DNA of 64,000 nucleotides from Planctomycetota bacterium (GTDB lineage: Bacteria; Planctomycetota; UBA1135): assembly GCA_003696625.1 (NCBI GenBank), contig RFGR01000153.1, positions 519 through 64,518 on the forward strand, written 5' to 3'. The translations under genes were made by a program, and so were the position numbers. The notes beneath the pieces are model-generated. The model was not told the origin of the DNA. It saw only the letters and a program-made list of their open reading frames with translations, and made no database searches. This document shows positions 42,716 through 51,791 of the stretch, piece by piece (positions within the stretch are counted from its first letter, which is position 1; each line of letters begins with the position of its first letter).

Positions 42716-43741
42716 ATGATCCGCCCGATCTCGGCCCGGCCGATGAGACGCCGCTCCCCCGCCTCCCTGCTCGCCGTCTGCGCGCTGCTGTCCCTGGCCG
42801 CGGTGGCGCTGACGCCGCTGGTCGGAGCGGTCCGGATCGATCCCTTCGCCGCCGGCGCCGAGATTCTTCATTCTCCGCGCGGCGGCTGGAGCCCGGATGC
42901 TCGGATCCTGGCCGATCTGCGGCTGCCGCGCGCGCTCACCGCCTGGCTGGCCGGCGGCGCCCTGGCCGTCGCCGGCGCCGTGCTCCAGACCCTGCTCCGC
43001 AACCCGCTCGCGACGCCCTTCACCCTCGGGGTCTCGGCCGCCGGCACCTTCGGCGCCTTCCTGGTCCTGGCTTTCCCGGGCCTCGCCCTGGCCGGCTCAC
43101 CGCGGCCGCTGGCCCTGGCCTTCGCCCTGGCCGAGGTCTTCCTGGTCCTCGGCATCGGCCGCCGGACCGCCCGCGCCGACGGCCTGCTGCTGGCCGGCGT
43201 GACCCTGAACTTCCTGTTCGCGGCCGGAATGATGCTGGTCCGCTATCTGGCCGACCCCTATCGGTTGGCGAGCATGGATCGTTGGCTGCTCGGCTCGGTC
43301 GAGGTGGTCGGCTTCGCGGTGCCGCTGGCCCTGCTGCCCTGGTTGGTCGCCGGCGCCGCGCCGCTGGCCTGGCGGGCCCGCGCCCTCGACCAGCTCGCTT
43401 TCGACCCCGGGCTGGCCGAGGCCCGCGGGATCGACCCCAGGGCCGCCCGCCGCGACCTGCTGCTCGGCACCGGTCTGTTGACCGCGGCGGTGGTCGCCCA
43501 CACCGGCCCGATCGGTTTCATCGGCCTGCTCGTGCCGCACGCGGTGCGGCCGTTCGCCGGCCTCCGCCACGCGGTGCTGCTGCCGGCCTGCTGGCTGGTC
43601 GGCGGCGGCTTCCTCGCCGTCGCCGACGCCGCCGCCCGGTCGCTCGAGCTGTTCGGCCGGCACAGCGAGGTGCCGGTCGGGATCTTGACCGCCCTGATCG
43701 GGGCGCCGGCCTTCCTGCTGATCCTCTGGCGCTCGCGCTGA
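42716..43741 (+). CDS. ABC transporter permease, FecCD/BtuC family
   Basis: C-terminal 341 aa of the 1000-aa track ORF. LRLPRALTAWLAGGALAVAGAVLQ and GPIGFIGLLVPH family motifs. ATG 42743 is possible. Confidence 0.85.
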   Translation: MIRPISARPMRRRSPASLLAVCALLSLAAVALTPLVGAVRIDPFAAGAEILHSPRGGWSPDARILADLRLPRALTAWLAGGALAVAGAVLQTLLRNPLATPFTLGVSAAGTFGAFLVLAFPGLALAGSPRPLALAFALAEVFLVLGIGRRTARADGLLLAGVTLNFLFAAGMMLVRYLADPYRLASMDRWLLGSVEVVGFAVPLALLPWLVAGAAPLAWRARALDQLAFDPGLAEARGIDPRAARRDLLLGTGLLTAAVVAHTGPIGFIGLLVPHAVRPFAGLRHAVLLPACWLVGGGFLAVADAAARSLELFGRHSEVPVGILTALIGAPAFLLILWRSR

Positions 43742-43757
43742 GGCGCCCGCCGCCGGC

Positions 43758-44423
43758 TCAGCGTTCACGCGGCTCGTCGTAGTAGTCGAGCCGGTCGAGC
43801 GGCATCACCACGCTGGTGATGATATTCATCGCGTGCGAGACGATCCGCTTCTGGTAGCGGTAGGCCAGCGCCGCCGCCGCCACCGAGCCGCCGCCGGTCT
43901 CGCTCAGCAGCAGGGCGTCGACCTGGGCGTCGCAGTAGTCCTCCAGCCGGTCGCACTCGGCCAGAAAATCCTTGGCGCCTTCCTCGTCCTGGCTCTCGTA
44001 GATGTTGCGGGCCTTGGCCAGTAGTTTGGAGATCGTGTCCTTGAGGGTGATCAGGTCCTTCCGGGCCGCCTCGGGCAGCGCCACCCCGAGGCGGACCAGA
44101 TCGAACAGATTCTTGGCGTAGTCGCCGATCCGCTCGGCGTCCTTGACCAAGCTCATCAGCGCCAGGCAGACCGGAAACTCGGTCCGGCCGTGTACCGCGG
44201 CGTGGGTGATCAGCATGCGGCGGATCCGGCGTTCGTTGCGGTTGATCCGCTTGTCGGTCGCCCACAGATCCTCCTTGATCACCTCCGGGTCGGTGCCGCC
44301 GAGCAGGGCGTTCGCGGCCAGGTCGAAGGCGTGGCGGCCGTCCTCGAGCATCTGCTCGAAGAACTGCATGATGTCCTGCAGCCCGGAAGGCTGGGAACGA
44401 AGTGCTTTGAGCCACTCGAACAT
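43758..44423 (-). CDS. PhoU-domain protein (accessory to Na/Pi symporter)
   Basis: 221 aa from an internal ATG, helical, with repeated D..ERIGDYA-like motif (VKDAERIGDYAKN). Lies 16 nt downstream of the Na/Pi gene. Confidence 0.7.
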   Translation of the reverse strand: MFEWLKALRSQPSGLQDIMQFFEQMLEDGRHAFDLAANALLGGTDPEVIKEDLWATDKRINRNERRIRRMLITHAAVHGRTEFPVCLALMSLVKDAERIGDYAKNLFDLVRLGVALPEAARKDLITLKDTISKLLAKARNIYESQDEEGAKDFLAECDRLEDYCDAQVDALLLSETGGGSVAAAALAYRYQKRIVSHAMNIITSVVMPLDRLDYYDEPRER

Positions 44424-44439
44424 GGTGCGACGCTCCAGT

Positions 44440-45615
44440 CTAGCGGAAGAGAAAGAGGGCGAGCAGCGGCCCGAGCACGAACAGGCCGCCGACATAGGCC
44501 ATGACCAGCATCTTGTGCTCGACCGTCCGTTCGGCCAGGCCGGAGGCCAGGCGGAGCGGCACCCGCCGCACCGCCGGCAGCGGGTAAACCAGGGCGACGC
44601 CGATCACGTTGAACAGGACGTGGACCAGAGCGATCTCCATCCCGGCCAGCTTGTCGGCGGCGAGAGAGGCCAGGAAGGCGGTGATCGTGGTGCCGATGTT
44701 GGCGCCGAGCATGACAGGGAAAGCGGCCTCCAGGCTCAGGATGCCGGCGCCGCACAACGGCACCAGCAGCGAGGTGGTGATGCTCGACGACTGGACCGCG
44801 ATCGTCACCAGGGTGCCGATCGCGATCGCGAACAGGGCCGCCCGCTCGAGGGCGGCGTTCAGCACCTGCTCGGCCCGGGCGGCGATCAGGCGCTTCATAT
44901 TCCGGGTGATCAGGAACAAGGAAACGAAAATCAGGGCCACGCCGAGGGCGATCATGACCGCGGCCAGCCAGCCGCCCGCGAGCCCGACCGCGGCCAGGAA
45001 GTCGGCGACCGCACCCGCCCCGGCCTTGACCGCGGCCTTGATCGGGCTGTGGAAAGCGGCGTCGGTGCCGCCCAAGGCCGCGCTGACCTCCCGGGCCAGG
45101 AACAGGGCCGACTTGTGCAGGAACCCGGTGGCCAGCTCGAGCGGCAGGAAGACGATCACCGCCAACACGTTGAAGAAGTCGTGCACGGTGGCGGCGGCGA
45201 AGGCCCGGCGGAACTCGGCGTTGCGCCGGACGTGGCCGATCGAAACCAGGGTGTTCGTCACCGTCGTGCCGATGTTCGCCCCCATGACCATCGGCACCGC
45301 CAGCGCGACCGACAGCTCGCCGGAACCGACCAGGCCGACGATGATCGATGTCGTCACCGACGAGGACTGGACCAGGACCGTGGCCAGAATGCCGACCGCC
45401 AGGCCGGCGATCGGGTTGGCGACGCCGGCGAAGAGGTCCTGGGCCGCCTCCTCCCCGAGCCCCTTGATCCCGCCCTCGAGCAGGTTGACCGCGACCAGGA
45501 AGAGATAGAGCAGCGCCAGCAGGAGCAGGATCCGGAGCCAACCGGGCCAGCGGTCGCGGCCGGCGGCCTCGGCGGGAGCGACCGGCTCGGTCAGGGCACG
45601 GTTCGGATCGCTCAT
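44440..45615 (-). CDS. Na+/phosphate symporter (NptA/PNaS family)
   Basis: 391 aa, polytopic. Duplicated QSSSVTTS / QSSSITTS signature of the inverted repeat. Confidence 0.85.
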   Translation of the reverse strand: MSDPNRALTEPVAPAEAAGRDRWPGWLRILLLLALLYLFLVAVNLLEGGIKGLGEEAAQDLFAGVANPIAGLAVGILATVLVQSSSVTTSIIVGLVGSGELSVALAVPMVMGANIGTTVTNTLVSIGHVRRNAEFRRAFAAATVHDFFNVLAVIVFLPLELATGFLHKSALFLAREVSAALGGTDAAFHSPIKAAVKAGAGAVADFLAAVGLAGGWLAAVMIALGVALIFVSLFLITRNMKRLIAARAEQVLNAALERAALFAIAIGTLVTIAVQSSSITTSLLVPLCGAGILSLEAAFPVMLGANIGTTITAFLASLAADKLAGMEIALVHVLFNVIGVALVYPLPAVRRVPLRLASGLAERTVEHKMLVMAYVGGLFVLGPLLALFLFR

Positions 45616-45633
45616 CGCCGGCAGGCTAGGTCC

Positions 45634-45655
45634 GCCGGGTGAAGATCCGGTGAAG
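45634..45655 (-). promoter_or_regulatory. Candidate PHO box upstream of Na/Pi symporter: two 11-nt direct repeats
   Basis: Minus-strand sequence CTTCACCGGAT CTTCACCCGGC, followed by GGACC, TAGCCT (45623-45628), 7 nt, then ATG 45615. Confidence 0.5.
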
Positions 45656-45663
45656 ATTCCGGC

Positions 45664-46323
45664 TCAGGGGGCCTGGTGGCGGACGATCTCACCCTCGGTC
45701 AGGTAGATCACGTCCTCGCTGACGTTGGTCGCCAGGTCGGCGATCCGTTCCAGGCTGCGCGCGACCTCGAACCAACGCAGCAACGGCCCGACTTCCTCCT
45801 TCCCGGCCCGCGCCAGCCGCCCCTCGACCTCGTCGAGGATCCGGCGGTTCAGGTCGTCGACCGCGTCGTCCTCGCTCAGCACCGACCGGGCCAGGGCCGA
45901 CTCCCGCTCGACCAAGGCCTGGATCGCCTGCCGAACCATCTGCCGCACCCGGCCGGCCATGTCCTCGATCCCCTGCGGCGGCGGCACCGGCGCCGCCTCG
46001 GCCAGGAAGGCGGCCCGCTTGGCGACGCTGGCGGCGACGTCGGCCATCCGTTCGAGGTCGTTGTTGATCTTGATCGCCGCCACCAGGTAGCGCAGGTCGC
46101 GGGCGACCGGGGCGTGCAGGGCCAGGATCTTCAGCGCCTCCTCCTCGAGGCGGACCTCCATGTGGTCGATCTCGGCGTCGCCGCTGACGACCTCGCGGGC
46201 CAGGCCGGCGTCGCGGGAGAGGACCGCGTTGATGGCGCCGGCGATGCTGTCCTCGACCGAGGCCGTGAGCCGCAGCAGCCGCTCGGTGAACTCGGACAGG
46301 TCGCGCAGAAAGTGTTTGGTCAT
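45664..46323 (-). CDS. phoU: Phosphate signalling complex protein PhoU
   Basis: 219 aa from an internal ATG of track ORF 45664..47031. Two PhoU repeats (NNDLERMADVA, ARSLERIADLA). Immediately downstream of pstB. Confidence 0.9.
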   Translation of the reverse strand: MTKHFLRDLSEFTERLLRLTASVEDSIAGAINAVLSRDAGLAREVVSGDAEIDHMEVRLEEEALKILALHAPVARDLRYLVAAIKINNDLERMADVAASVAKRAAFLAEAAPVPPPQGIEDMAGRVRQMVRQAIQALVERESALARSVLSEDDAVDDLNRRILDEVEGRLARAGKEEVGPLLRWFEVARSLERIADLATNVSEDVIYLTEGEIVRHQAP

Positions 46324-46334
46324 CGCCGTTTCTC

Positions 46335-47177
46335 CTAGCCGAAGCGGCCGGTGATGTATTGTTCGGTCTCGAGCCGGGTCGGGTTGGTGAACATCTCCTC
46401 GGTCGGACCGGATTCGACCAGCCGCCCCTTGAGGAAGAAGGCGGTCCGGTCCGAGACCCGGGCGGCCTGCTGCATGTTGTGGGTGACGATCACGATCGTG
46501 TAGCGCCCGCGCAGCTCGAAGATCAGGTCCTCGATCTTGGCAGTCGAGTTCGGGTCGAGGGCCGAGGCCGGCTCGTCCAGCAGCAGCACCTCCGGCTCGT
46601 TGGCCAGGGCCCGGGCGATGCACAGCCGTTGCTGCTGACCGCCGGAGAGGGCCAGGGCCGAGGCCTTGAGCCGGTCGTGCACTTCGTCCCACAGCGCCGC
46701 CCCTTTCAAGCACCTTTCGACCAGCTCGTCCAGCTCGGCCCGCCGGGCCCGGCCGTGCAGCCGCGGCCCGAAGGCGACGTTGTCGTAGATCGACATCGGA
46801 AAGGGGTTGGGCCGCTGGAAGACCATGCCGACCCGGCGCCGCAGCTCGACCACGTCCACATCCGGCGAGTTCACGTCCACCTCGTCCAACAGCACGTGGC
46901 CCTCGGCGCGGGTGCCGGGGATGGTGTCGTTCATCCGGTTGAGGGTGCGGAGGAAGGTGGACTTGCCGCAGCCGGACGGCCCGATCAAGGCCAGGACCTC
47001 GCCGCGCCGGATGTCGAGTTCGACCCCCCACAGCGCCTGGGTGGAGCCGTAGAAGAAGTCCAGGTCGCGGACCCGGATCACCGGCGCGTCGCCGGCGGCG
47101 AGCCGAGGTCGGCGGCTGGCGGCGTCGGCGGCGATGCCGCCGAGGGAGGAGGCGGGGGAAGCAGAGGCGGAGTTCAT
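46335..47177 (-). CDS. pstB: Phosphate ABC transporter ATP-binding protein PstB
   Basis: 280 aa. [32 protein letters not shown]. The ATGA overlaps the pstA stop. Confidence 0.95.
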   Translation of the reverse strand: MNSASASPASSLGGIAADAASRRPRLAAGDAPVIRVRDLDFFYGSTQALWGVELDIRRGEVLALIGPSGCGKSTFLRTLNRMNDTIPGTRAEGHVLLDEVDVNSPDVDVVELRRRVGMVFQRPNPFPMSIYDNVAFGPRLHGRARRAELDELVERCLKGAALWDEVHDRLKASALALSGGQQQRLCIARALANEPEVLLLDEPASALDPNSTAKIEDLIFELRGRYTIVIVTHNMQQAARVSDRTAFFLKGRLVESGPTEEMFTNPTRLETEQYITGRFG

Positions 47178-48481
47178 CGTCCCTCCAGGCGCTTGCGGAC
47201 CCGGGCCCGCAGGCGGATGGCGGTCAGGTTCAGGGCCAGGACCAGGGCCAGCAGCAGGGCGGCGGTGGCGTAGACCAGCGGTTCGGCCGCCTCCACGTTC
47301 GGGGCCTGGAAGCCGACCGCGTAGATGTGGAAGCCGAGGTGCATGAAGCGTTCCTGCAGGTGCAGGTACGGGAAGTCGCCGTCGATCGGCAGCTCGCGGG
47401 CGAAGCCGACGACGCCGGTCAGCATCAGCGGCGCCACCTCGCCGGCGGCCCGGGAGACGGCCAGGATGGCGCCGGTCAGGATGCCGGGCCGGGCACCGGG
47501 CAGGATCACGTGTCGAAGCATCTCCCAGCGCGTCGCGCCCAGGGCCAGGGCCGCCTCGCGCCGCTCGCGCGGCACCGCCCGCAGCCCCTCCTCGGTGGCG
47601 ACGACCACCACCGGCACCGTCAGCAGGGCCATGGTCACCGCGGCCCAGAGGACGCCGCCGGCGCCGAAGGTCGGCCGGGGCAGGTCGGCGGCGAAGAAAG
47701 CCCGGTCGATGGCGCCGCCGACCCCGTAGATCAGGAAGCCGAGGCCGAAGACGCCGTAAACGATCGACGGCACCCCGGCCAGGTTGTTCACCGCCACCCG
47801 CACCAGGCGCACGAACCAGGTGTCGCGGGCGTACTCGTTCAGGTACACCGCCGCCAACACCCCGAACGGCACCACCAGCAGCGACATCAGAATCACCAGC
47901 AGCGAGGTTCCGACCAGGGCCGGCCAGACCCCGCCCTCCTGGTTGGCGTTGCGTGGCTCCTCGACGATGAACCGGCCGACGCCGGCGAACCAGGCGCCGA
48001 CCCGGCCGAACCAGCCGAGACGGTTCGGATAGGAGACCCGCAGGACCTGCGCCGCCGGCAGCTCGACCGGCCGGCCGTCGGGCAGGCGCAGCCGCCAGGT
48101 CTCCGCGCCGGCCTGGTCCAGGTAGCCGAAGAAGGGGCCGTTCTCGGTCCGCTCGATCCGCACCGCGTCGGCCGGCCGGGAGCGGGCGGCCACCTCCTCC
48201 GGCCCGGCGATCAGGAAGTCGAGGCCGTAGAACTCGCGGTTGCCGATCCGGGCCCGGATCGAGCCGTCCGGCCGCTCGTCCAGCTCCTCGGCCAGCCGCA
48301 CGGTGCCGTCGGCCAGCCGCCATTCGGTCAGCGGCCGCGGCCAGAAGGCGGCGGCGCCGCGCATGAAGAGCAGGGCGAAGAGCAACACCACGCCGAGCAG
48401 GACCGCCGCCACCGCGCCGGCGCAGAGGAAGGCGCCGATGCCGCCGCCGTAGTCCGGCCGGCCGCCGCGGAGCCCGCTCAC
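47174..48481 (-). CDS. pstA: Phosphate ABC transporter permease PstA (long form)
   Basis: 435 aa. The GTG start overlaps the pstC stop (GTGA). C-terminal EAA-type loop [16 protein letters not shown]. Confidence 0.85.
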   Translation of the reverse strand: MSGLRGGRPDYGGGIGAFLCAGAVAAVLLGVVLLFALLFMRGAAAFWPRPLTEWRLADGTVRLAEELDERPDGSIRARIGNREFYGLDFLIAGPEEVAARSRPADAVRIERTENGPFFGYLDQAGAETWRLRLPDGRPVELPAAQVLRVSYPNRLGWFGRVGAWFAGVGRFIVEEPRNANQEGGVWPALVGTSLLVILMSLLVVPFGVLAAVYLNEYARDTWFVRLVRVAVNNLAGVPSIVYGVFGLGFLIYGVGGAIDRAFFAADLPRPTFGAGGVLWAAVTMALLTVPVVVVATEEGLRAVPRERREAALALGATRWEMLRHVILPGARPGILTGAILAVSRAAGEVAPLMLTGVVGFARELPIDGDFPYLHLQERFMHLGFHIYAVGFQAPNVEAAEPLVYATAALLLALVLALNLTAIRLRARVRKRLEGR

Positions 48482-50661
48482 AGCTCCTTCCTCCCCCGGA
48501 CGCGGATGGTCTCGGCCGCGGTGTTGACCAGGAAGGTGAAGGCGAACAGCAGCAGGGCGGAGAGGAACAGGGTCCGGTAGAGGGACTCGCCGTGCGGAGC
48601 CTCGGGCAGCTCGACGGCCAGGTTGGCGGAGAGGGCCCGGAAGCCCTGGAAGATGTTCAGGCGCGTGATCGACGTGTTGCCGGTCGCCATGAGCACGATC
48701 ATGGTCTCGCCGACCGCCCGACCGAGGCCGAGCATCACCGCCGCCACCACCCCGGGCAGGGCGGGCGGGAAGATCACCCGGACGGAGGTCTGCCAGGGAG
48801 TGGCGCCGAGGGCGAGCGAGGCTTCGGCCAGGGTCTCGGGCACGTTGCGGAAAGCGTCTTCGGCCAGGGTGAAAATCAGCGGCGTGACCGCGAACCCCAT
48901 CGCCAGGCCGACCACGGCGGCGTTGCGCTGTTCGAACGGCAGGCCGAGGGCGGCCGGCGCCCACTCCCGGAAGGGGGCGCCGAGCAGGGCCTGCTCCAGG
49001 CCGGGGCCGGCCCGCAGCAGCGCCGCGCCGACGGCGGCGTAGACCGCCATCAACAGGAACGGCGCCCAACCTTCGTGCAGCCGGCGGCGGGACGGCAGCG
49101 GCAACCGCGCCCAGCCCACCGCCAGCACCACCGTCAGCAGGACGAGAACGAACGGCAGCAGGAAGACCGCCAACATCCGGTCTTGCATCGCCGGCGCCAG
49201 ATAGAGAGCGCCGACGAAGCCGAGGATCACCGAGGGGATGCCGGCCAGAAGCTCGACCGCCGGCTTGACGATCTCTCGGGCCCGGCCGCGCAGGAAGCGG
49301 GCGGTGAAGAGGGCGCCGAGCACCGCCAGCGGGATGGACGGCAACAGCGCCCAGAGCGTGCCCTTGAAGGTGCCGAGGATCAGCGGCACGAGGCTGATCT
49401 TGGGCTCGTAGGCGTCGCTGCCGCCGGTCGACTGCCAGGTCCAGGCCGGCGCCGGCGACCCTTCGTACTGGATCCGGGCGAACAGGGTGCGGGCCGTGAC
49501 TCCCGGGTAGCCGAGTTCGAGCCCGCGCACCTCGACCCAGTCGGCGCCGATCAGCAGCAGGTGGTCCTCGCGCGGCGAGGGCAGGACTCGTTCGACGCCG
49601 GCCGGCAGCCGGACCGCGGCCAGGTACTCGGCGGCGGTGGCGTGGCCGATCCGCAGTTCCCGGTCGGCGAGGGCGAAGAACACCCGCTGCCGCGTCGAGG
49701 GAGCCAGCAGCCGCAGCCCCGGCACCGCCTCCGACATCTCCGCGGCCTCGTCGAGGATCGGCCGGCCGGTCTCCGGCGCCACCATCATCCACCGCTCGAC
49801 GGCGCCGTCGGCACGGGCGACCAGGGCCGAGCCGGCGCCGATCAGCGGTTGGATCTGGCGAACGGCGGCGCCGGCCGGGGTCCGGCCGCACTCCTCCAGT
49901 TTGTTGAACGGGCGGTCGGCCCGCCAGGCGGCGAGGCCGCCGTCGGCGAAACCGGCCAGCACCGCCCCCCCCTCAAGCAGGGCCAGGTCGGTGATCGGGC
50001 CCGGCTCGGCCAGGCGCAGCACCTTGCGGCTCAGCCGCTCGGCCCCGGTCAGCCGGTTGACTTTGATCCGACCGCGGACCAGTTCGAGGGCGCCGTCGCC
50101 GCGGACCGCCGCGCCCCAAACGGTCGCATCTTCGGCCAGGACCGAGAAGGCGGCCAGCGGCCCGTCGCCCTCTTCGATCAGCCAGCGCGGCGTGGTCTCC
50201 TCGAGCCGGTGGCTGCGCTCGAGGTCGTCGTCGTAGTCGACCGCGAAGGCCAGCGGCAGCGCCGCCAGGCGGCCGCTGCTGGTGGCGACGGCCAGGGTGG
50301 CTTGGTCCGGCGACAGCCGGGCTTCGACCACGGTCTCGCCCGGGCCGAGAGCAAGCGGCGCGGCGGCGTCCAGTTCCGCGCCGTCGGCGACATCCCGCAG
50401 GACCAGGCGGCCGTCCCGGTGCAACTCCCACAGCGCCTCCGTGAAGTCCTCCACCCCGACCGCGACCGGCGCCGCCACGGCCGGCAGCCGCCGCCCGCTC
50501 TCCTCCAGCTTCGGCGCCGCGGCCAGGGGCAGGGCCTCCCGCACCAGATAGAAGGCGATAAAGAGAACGGCCAGGACGACGCCGACGCCGCCGAAGCGGA
50601 CCAGCGCCGCCACCGCCCGGTCGGCGGCGCGGCGGCGGCGGAAGGAGGGGCTGCTGGTCAT
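48478..50661 (-). CDS. pstC: Phosphate ABC transporter permease PstC (long form with about 380-aa periplasmic insert)
   Basis: 727 aa. N-terminal TM helix, a large soluble domain, then a permease core with [13 protein letters not shown]. Confidence 0.85.
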   Translation of the reverse strand: MTSSPSFRRRRAADRAVAALVRFGGVGVVLAVLFIAFYLVREALPLAAAPKLEESGRRLPAVAAPVAVGVEDFTEALWELHRDGRLVLRDVADGAELDAAAPLALGPGETVVEARLSPDQATLAVATSSGRLAALPLAFAVDYDDDLERSHRLEETTPRWLIEEGDGPLAAFSVLAEDATVWGAAVRGDGALELVRGRIKVNRLTGAERLSRKVLRLAEPGPITDLALLEGGAVLAGFADGGLAAWRADRPFNKLEECGRTPAGAAVRQIQPLIGAGSALVARADGAVERWMMVAPETGRPILDEAAEMSEAVPGLRLLAPSTRQRVFFALADRELRIGHATAAEYLAAVRLPAGVERVLPSPREDHLLLIGADWVEVRGLELGYPGVTARTLFARIQYEGSPAPAWTWQSTGGSDAYEPKISLVPLILGTFKGTLWALLPSIPLAVLGALFTARFLRGRAREIVKPAVELLAGIPSVILGFVGALYLAPAMQDRMLAVFLLPFVLVLLTVVLAVGWARLPLPSRRRLHEGWAPFLLMAVYAAVGAALLRAGPGLEQALLGAPFREWAPAALGLPFEQRNAAVVGLAMGFAVTPLIFTLAEDAFRNVPETLAEASLALGATPWQTSVRVIFPPALPGVVAAVMLGLGRAVGETMIVLMATGNTSITRLNIFQGFRALSANLAVELPEAPHGESLYRTLFLSALLLFAFTFLVNTAAETIRVRGRKEL

Positions 50662-50683
50662 CGTCGGGTCCGGGAACGCCGGT

Positions 50684-50712
50684 CGGGATGCGCCCCGGTC
50701 GAGCGCATCCCG
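50684..50712 (-). promoter_or_regulatory. GC-rich intercistronic stem-loop between pstS and pstC
   Basis: Perfect 9-bp inverted repeat GGGATGCGC / GCGCATCCC (10 bp with the flanking C-G pair) and a 9-nt loop, in the 76-nt pstS-pstC gap. Confidence 0.5.
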
Positions 50713-50737
50713 GAGCCGGCCGGGGGGAGGAGCGGGT

Positions 50738-51730
50738 TCAGCCCTTCACCTTCGGGACCGGGATCCCGAGCGCCTTCAGTTCCTCGGCCGCGACCGAGGC
50801 GGGCACCGGCAGGTAGCCGGCCTGGATCACGACCTGCTGGCCCTCGCGCGAGAAGATGAAGCGGATGAACTCGCGCCGCAGCGGATCGAGTTCGGCGTTC
50901 GGCGCCTTGTTGATGTACAGGTTCAGGAACCTGCCCAGCGGGTAGTCGCCGCTCATCACGTTTTCGAGATTGGCCGCGAAGAACTCGTCGCCGTCTTCGG
51001 AGAGGGGCACCGCCCGCACGCCGGAGGTGCGGTAGCCGATGCCGCTGTAGCCGATCGCGAACGGATCGTTGGTGACGGACTGGACCACCGAGGCGCTGCC
51101 CGGCTGTTCCTTGACCGTGTCCTTGTAGTCGCCCTTGCCGAGGGCGTGCTTCTTGAAGAAACCGTAGGTGCCGGAGGCGCTATTGCGGCCGTAGAGGCTG
51201 ATCGCCGCCCCGGCCCACTTGCCGCCCAGGCCGAGCTGGCCCCAGCGGTCGATGCTCTCCTCGGCGCCGAGCTTGCGGTTCTTGCCGAAGATGGCGTCGA
51301 CCTGTTCGAGGGTCAGACCCTCGATCGGGTTGTCTTTGTGGACATAGACGGCCAGGGCGTCGAGGCTGGTCCGGATGCGGGTCGGCTCGTAGCCGAAGGC
51401 CTTGACGAAGGCGTCGATCTCCTTGTCCTTCATCTGGCGGCTCATCGGGCCGAGCTGGGCCGTGCCCTTGATCAGGGCCGGCGGCGCGGTCGAGGAGCCC
51501 TTGCCCTCGACCTGGACCTTGACGCCGGGGTACCAGGCGCGGAACTTCTCGCCCCACAGCGTCATCAGGTTGATCATGGTGTCGGAGCCGACCGCGTTCA
51601 GGCTGCCGCGGATCTCCTCCTGGACCGGGAGATAGGCGGGGAGCTTGGGATCGACCTTGAGCTGTTGGGCGGCGGCCGGGCCGGCGAGGGCGGCGGCGGC
51701 CAGCAGGGTGGCGGGGAGGATGGTCTTCAT
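50738..51730 (-). CDS. pstS: Phosphate-binding protein PstS
   Basis: 330 aa with a signal peptide. GSDTM and GKGSSTAP motifs of the PstS/PBP family. Confidence 0.9.
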   Translation of the reverse strand: MKTILPATLLAAAALAGPAAAQQLKVDPKLPAYLPVQEEIRGSLNAVGSDTMINLMTLWGEKFRAWYPGVKVQVEGKGSSTAPPALIKGTAQLGPMSRQMKDKEIDAFVKAFGYEPTRIRTSLDALAVYVHKDNPIEGLTLEQVDAIFGKNRKLGAEESIDRWGQLGLGGKWAGAAISLYGRNSASGTYGFFKKHALGKGDYKDTVKEQPGSASVVQSVTNDPFAIGYSGIGYRTSGVRAVPLSEDGDEFFAANLENVMSGDYPLGRFLNLYINKAPNAELDPLRREFIRFIFSREGQQVVIQAGYLPVPASVAAEELKALGIPVPKVKG

Positions 51731-51754
51731 GGTGTCTTCCGTTTTCGAGACACC
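51731..51754 (-). promoter_or_regulatory. 5-prime UTR stem-loop abutting the pstS start codon
   Basis: Minus strand GGTGTCT-CGAAAACGGA-AGACACC immediately followed by ATG. The 3-prime arm covers part of the GGAAG Shine-Dalgarno-like element. Confidence 0.4.
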
Positions 51755-51768
51755 CGAACTCTAGGCCG

Positions 51769-51790
51769 CCGGGATGAAGCCGGTGTGAAG
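51769..51790 (-). promoter_or_regulatory. Candidate PHO box upstream of pstS: two 11-nt direct repeats
   Basis: Minus-strand sequence CTTCACACCGG CTTCATCCCGG, followed by CGGCC and TAGAGT (51758-51763). The 5-nt spacing to the TAG..T box is identical to the Na/Pi promoter. Confidence 0.5.
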
Positions 51791-51791
51791 G

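Noticed and set aside
40739-43741. 1000-aa ORF, and similarly 7885..9975 (696 aa), 3449..5953 (834 aa), 46335..48323 and 47174..49891, as giant fusion proteins
   Set aside because: In each case only the C-terminal part carries family motifs and begins at an internal ATG or GTG preceded by a stop or start of the neighbouring gene. The N-terminal extensions are low-complexity shadows overlapping real genes on the other strand or frame.
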